DNA of 64,000 bases. Source: Octopus sinensis (lineage: Eukaryota). The translations under genes and the position numbers were made by a program. Shown here one piece after another: positions 63,732 through 64,000 of this stretch. The notes under the pieces were generated by a model. It searched no databases. It worked only from the letters and a program-made list of their open reading frames with translations, and had not been told where the DNA came from. How positions within the stretch are numbered: the stretch's first letter is position 1; every line of letters begins with the position of its first letter. The stretch covers positions 42,098,001 through 42,162,000 of the forward strand of contig NC_042997.1 in the NCBI RefSeq assembly GCF_006345805.1, written 5' to 3'.

Positions 63732-63937
63732 TTCAGATCTGGAATTCAACAGTGCGGTGGAATTCTTAGACCTGAAGAGGATCAATGATCTTTCAGCTAC
63801 GCATAGCTTATATTTTCTTGATCCATTGACACACGGTGTAGACTTTTTCAAAAACAAATTGTAAGCTATGCATAGCTGAAAGATCGCAGATCCTTTTCAG
63901 ATCTAAGAACACCGCACTACTGAATTCCAGATCTGAA
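63732..63937. repeat. MITE-like foldback (arms of about 78 bp, 51-nt spacer)
   Basis: 63732-63810 and 63862-63937 are imperfect reverse complements, both with TTCAGATCTGGAATTCA ends. Confidence 0.85.
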
Positions 63938-64000
63938 CTTTTTAGCGGATGTAAACATATGGAAAGTTCCTGATGGCGAATTGGAAAGTACCACCCTCTC

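Overview
This window is AT-rich, repeat-saturated animal DNA. The SINE families, the mollusc-type 5S sequence and the very high microsatellite load point to a coleoid cephalopod, probably Octopus (inference). No long intact gene is visible, and nearly all long ORFs in the supplied track are microsatellite or SINE artefacts. Supportable content: (1) about 30 tRNA-headed SINE copies or fragments in four families, labelled A-D here, that share and swap modules; (2) remnants of several Penelope-like retroelement (PLE) families, two with both RT-thumb and GIY-YIG sequence, with inverted terminal repeats and minimal hammerhead-ribozyme motifs; (3) CR1-group and RTE LINE fragments, a gag zinc-knuckle fragment, two or three non-autonomous Helitrons and a pogo-like MITE; (4) a 5S rRNA copy joined directly to a LINE; (5) a bacterial-type tRNA-Asp-like sequence with encoded CCA inserted inside a SINE; (6) a 1.1-kb SINE multimer with a 355-bp higher-order repeat; (7) many foldback structures; (8) a tentative minus-strand host gene of small, phase-compatible exons spread over about 42 kb. 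All coordinates and alignments were read by eye, so element ends may be off by a few bases. Scattered single-base deletions suggest some long-read error.
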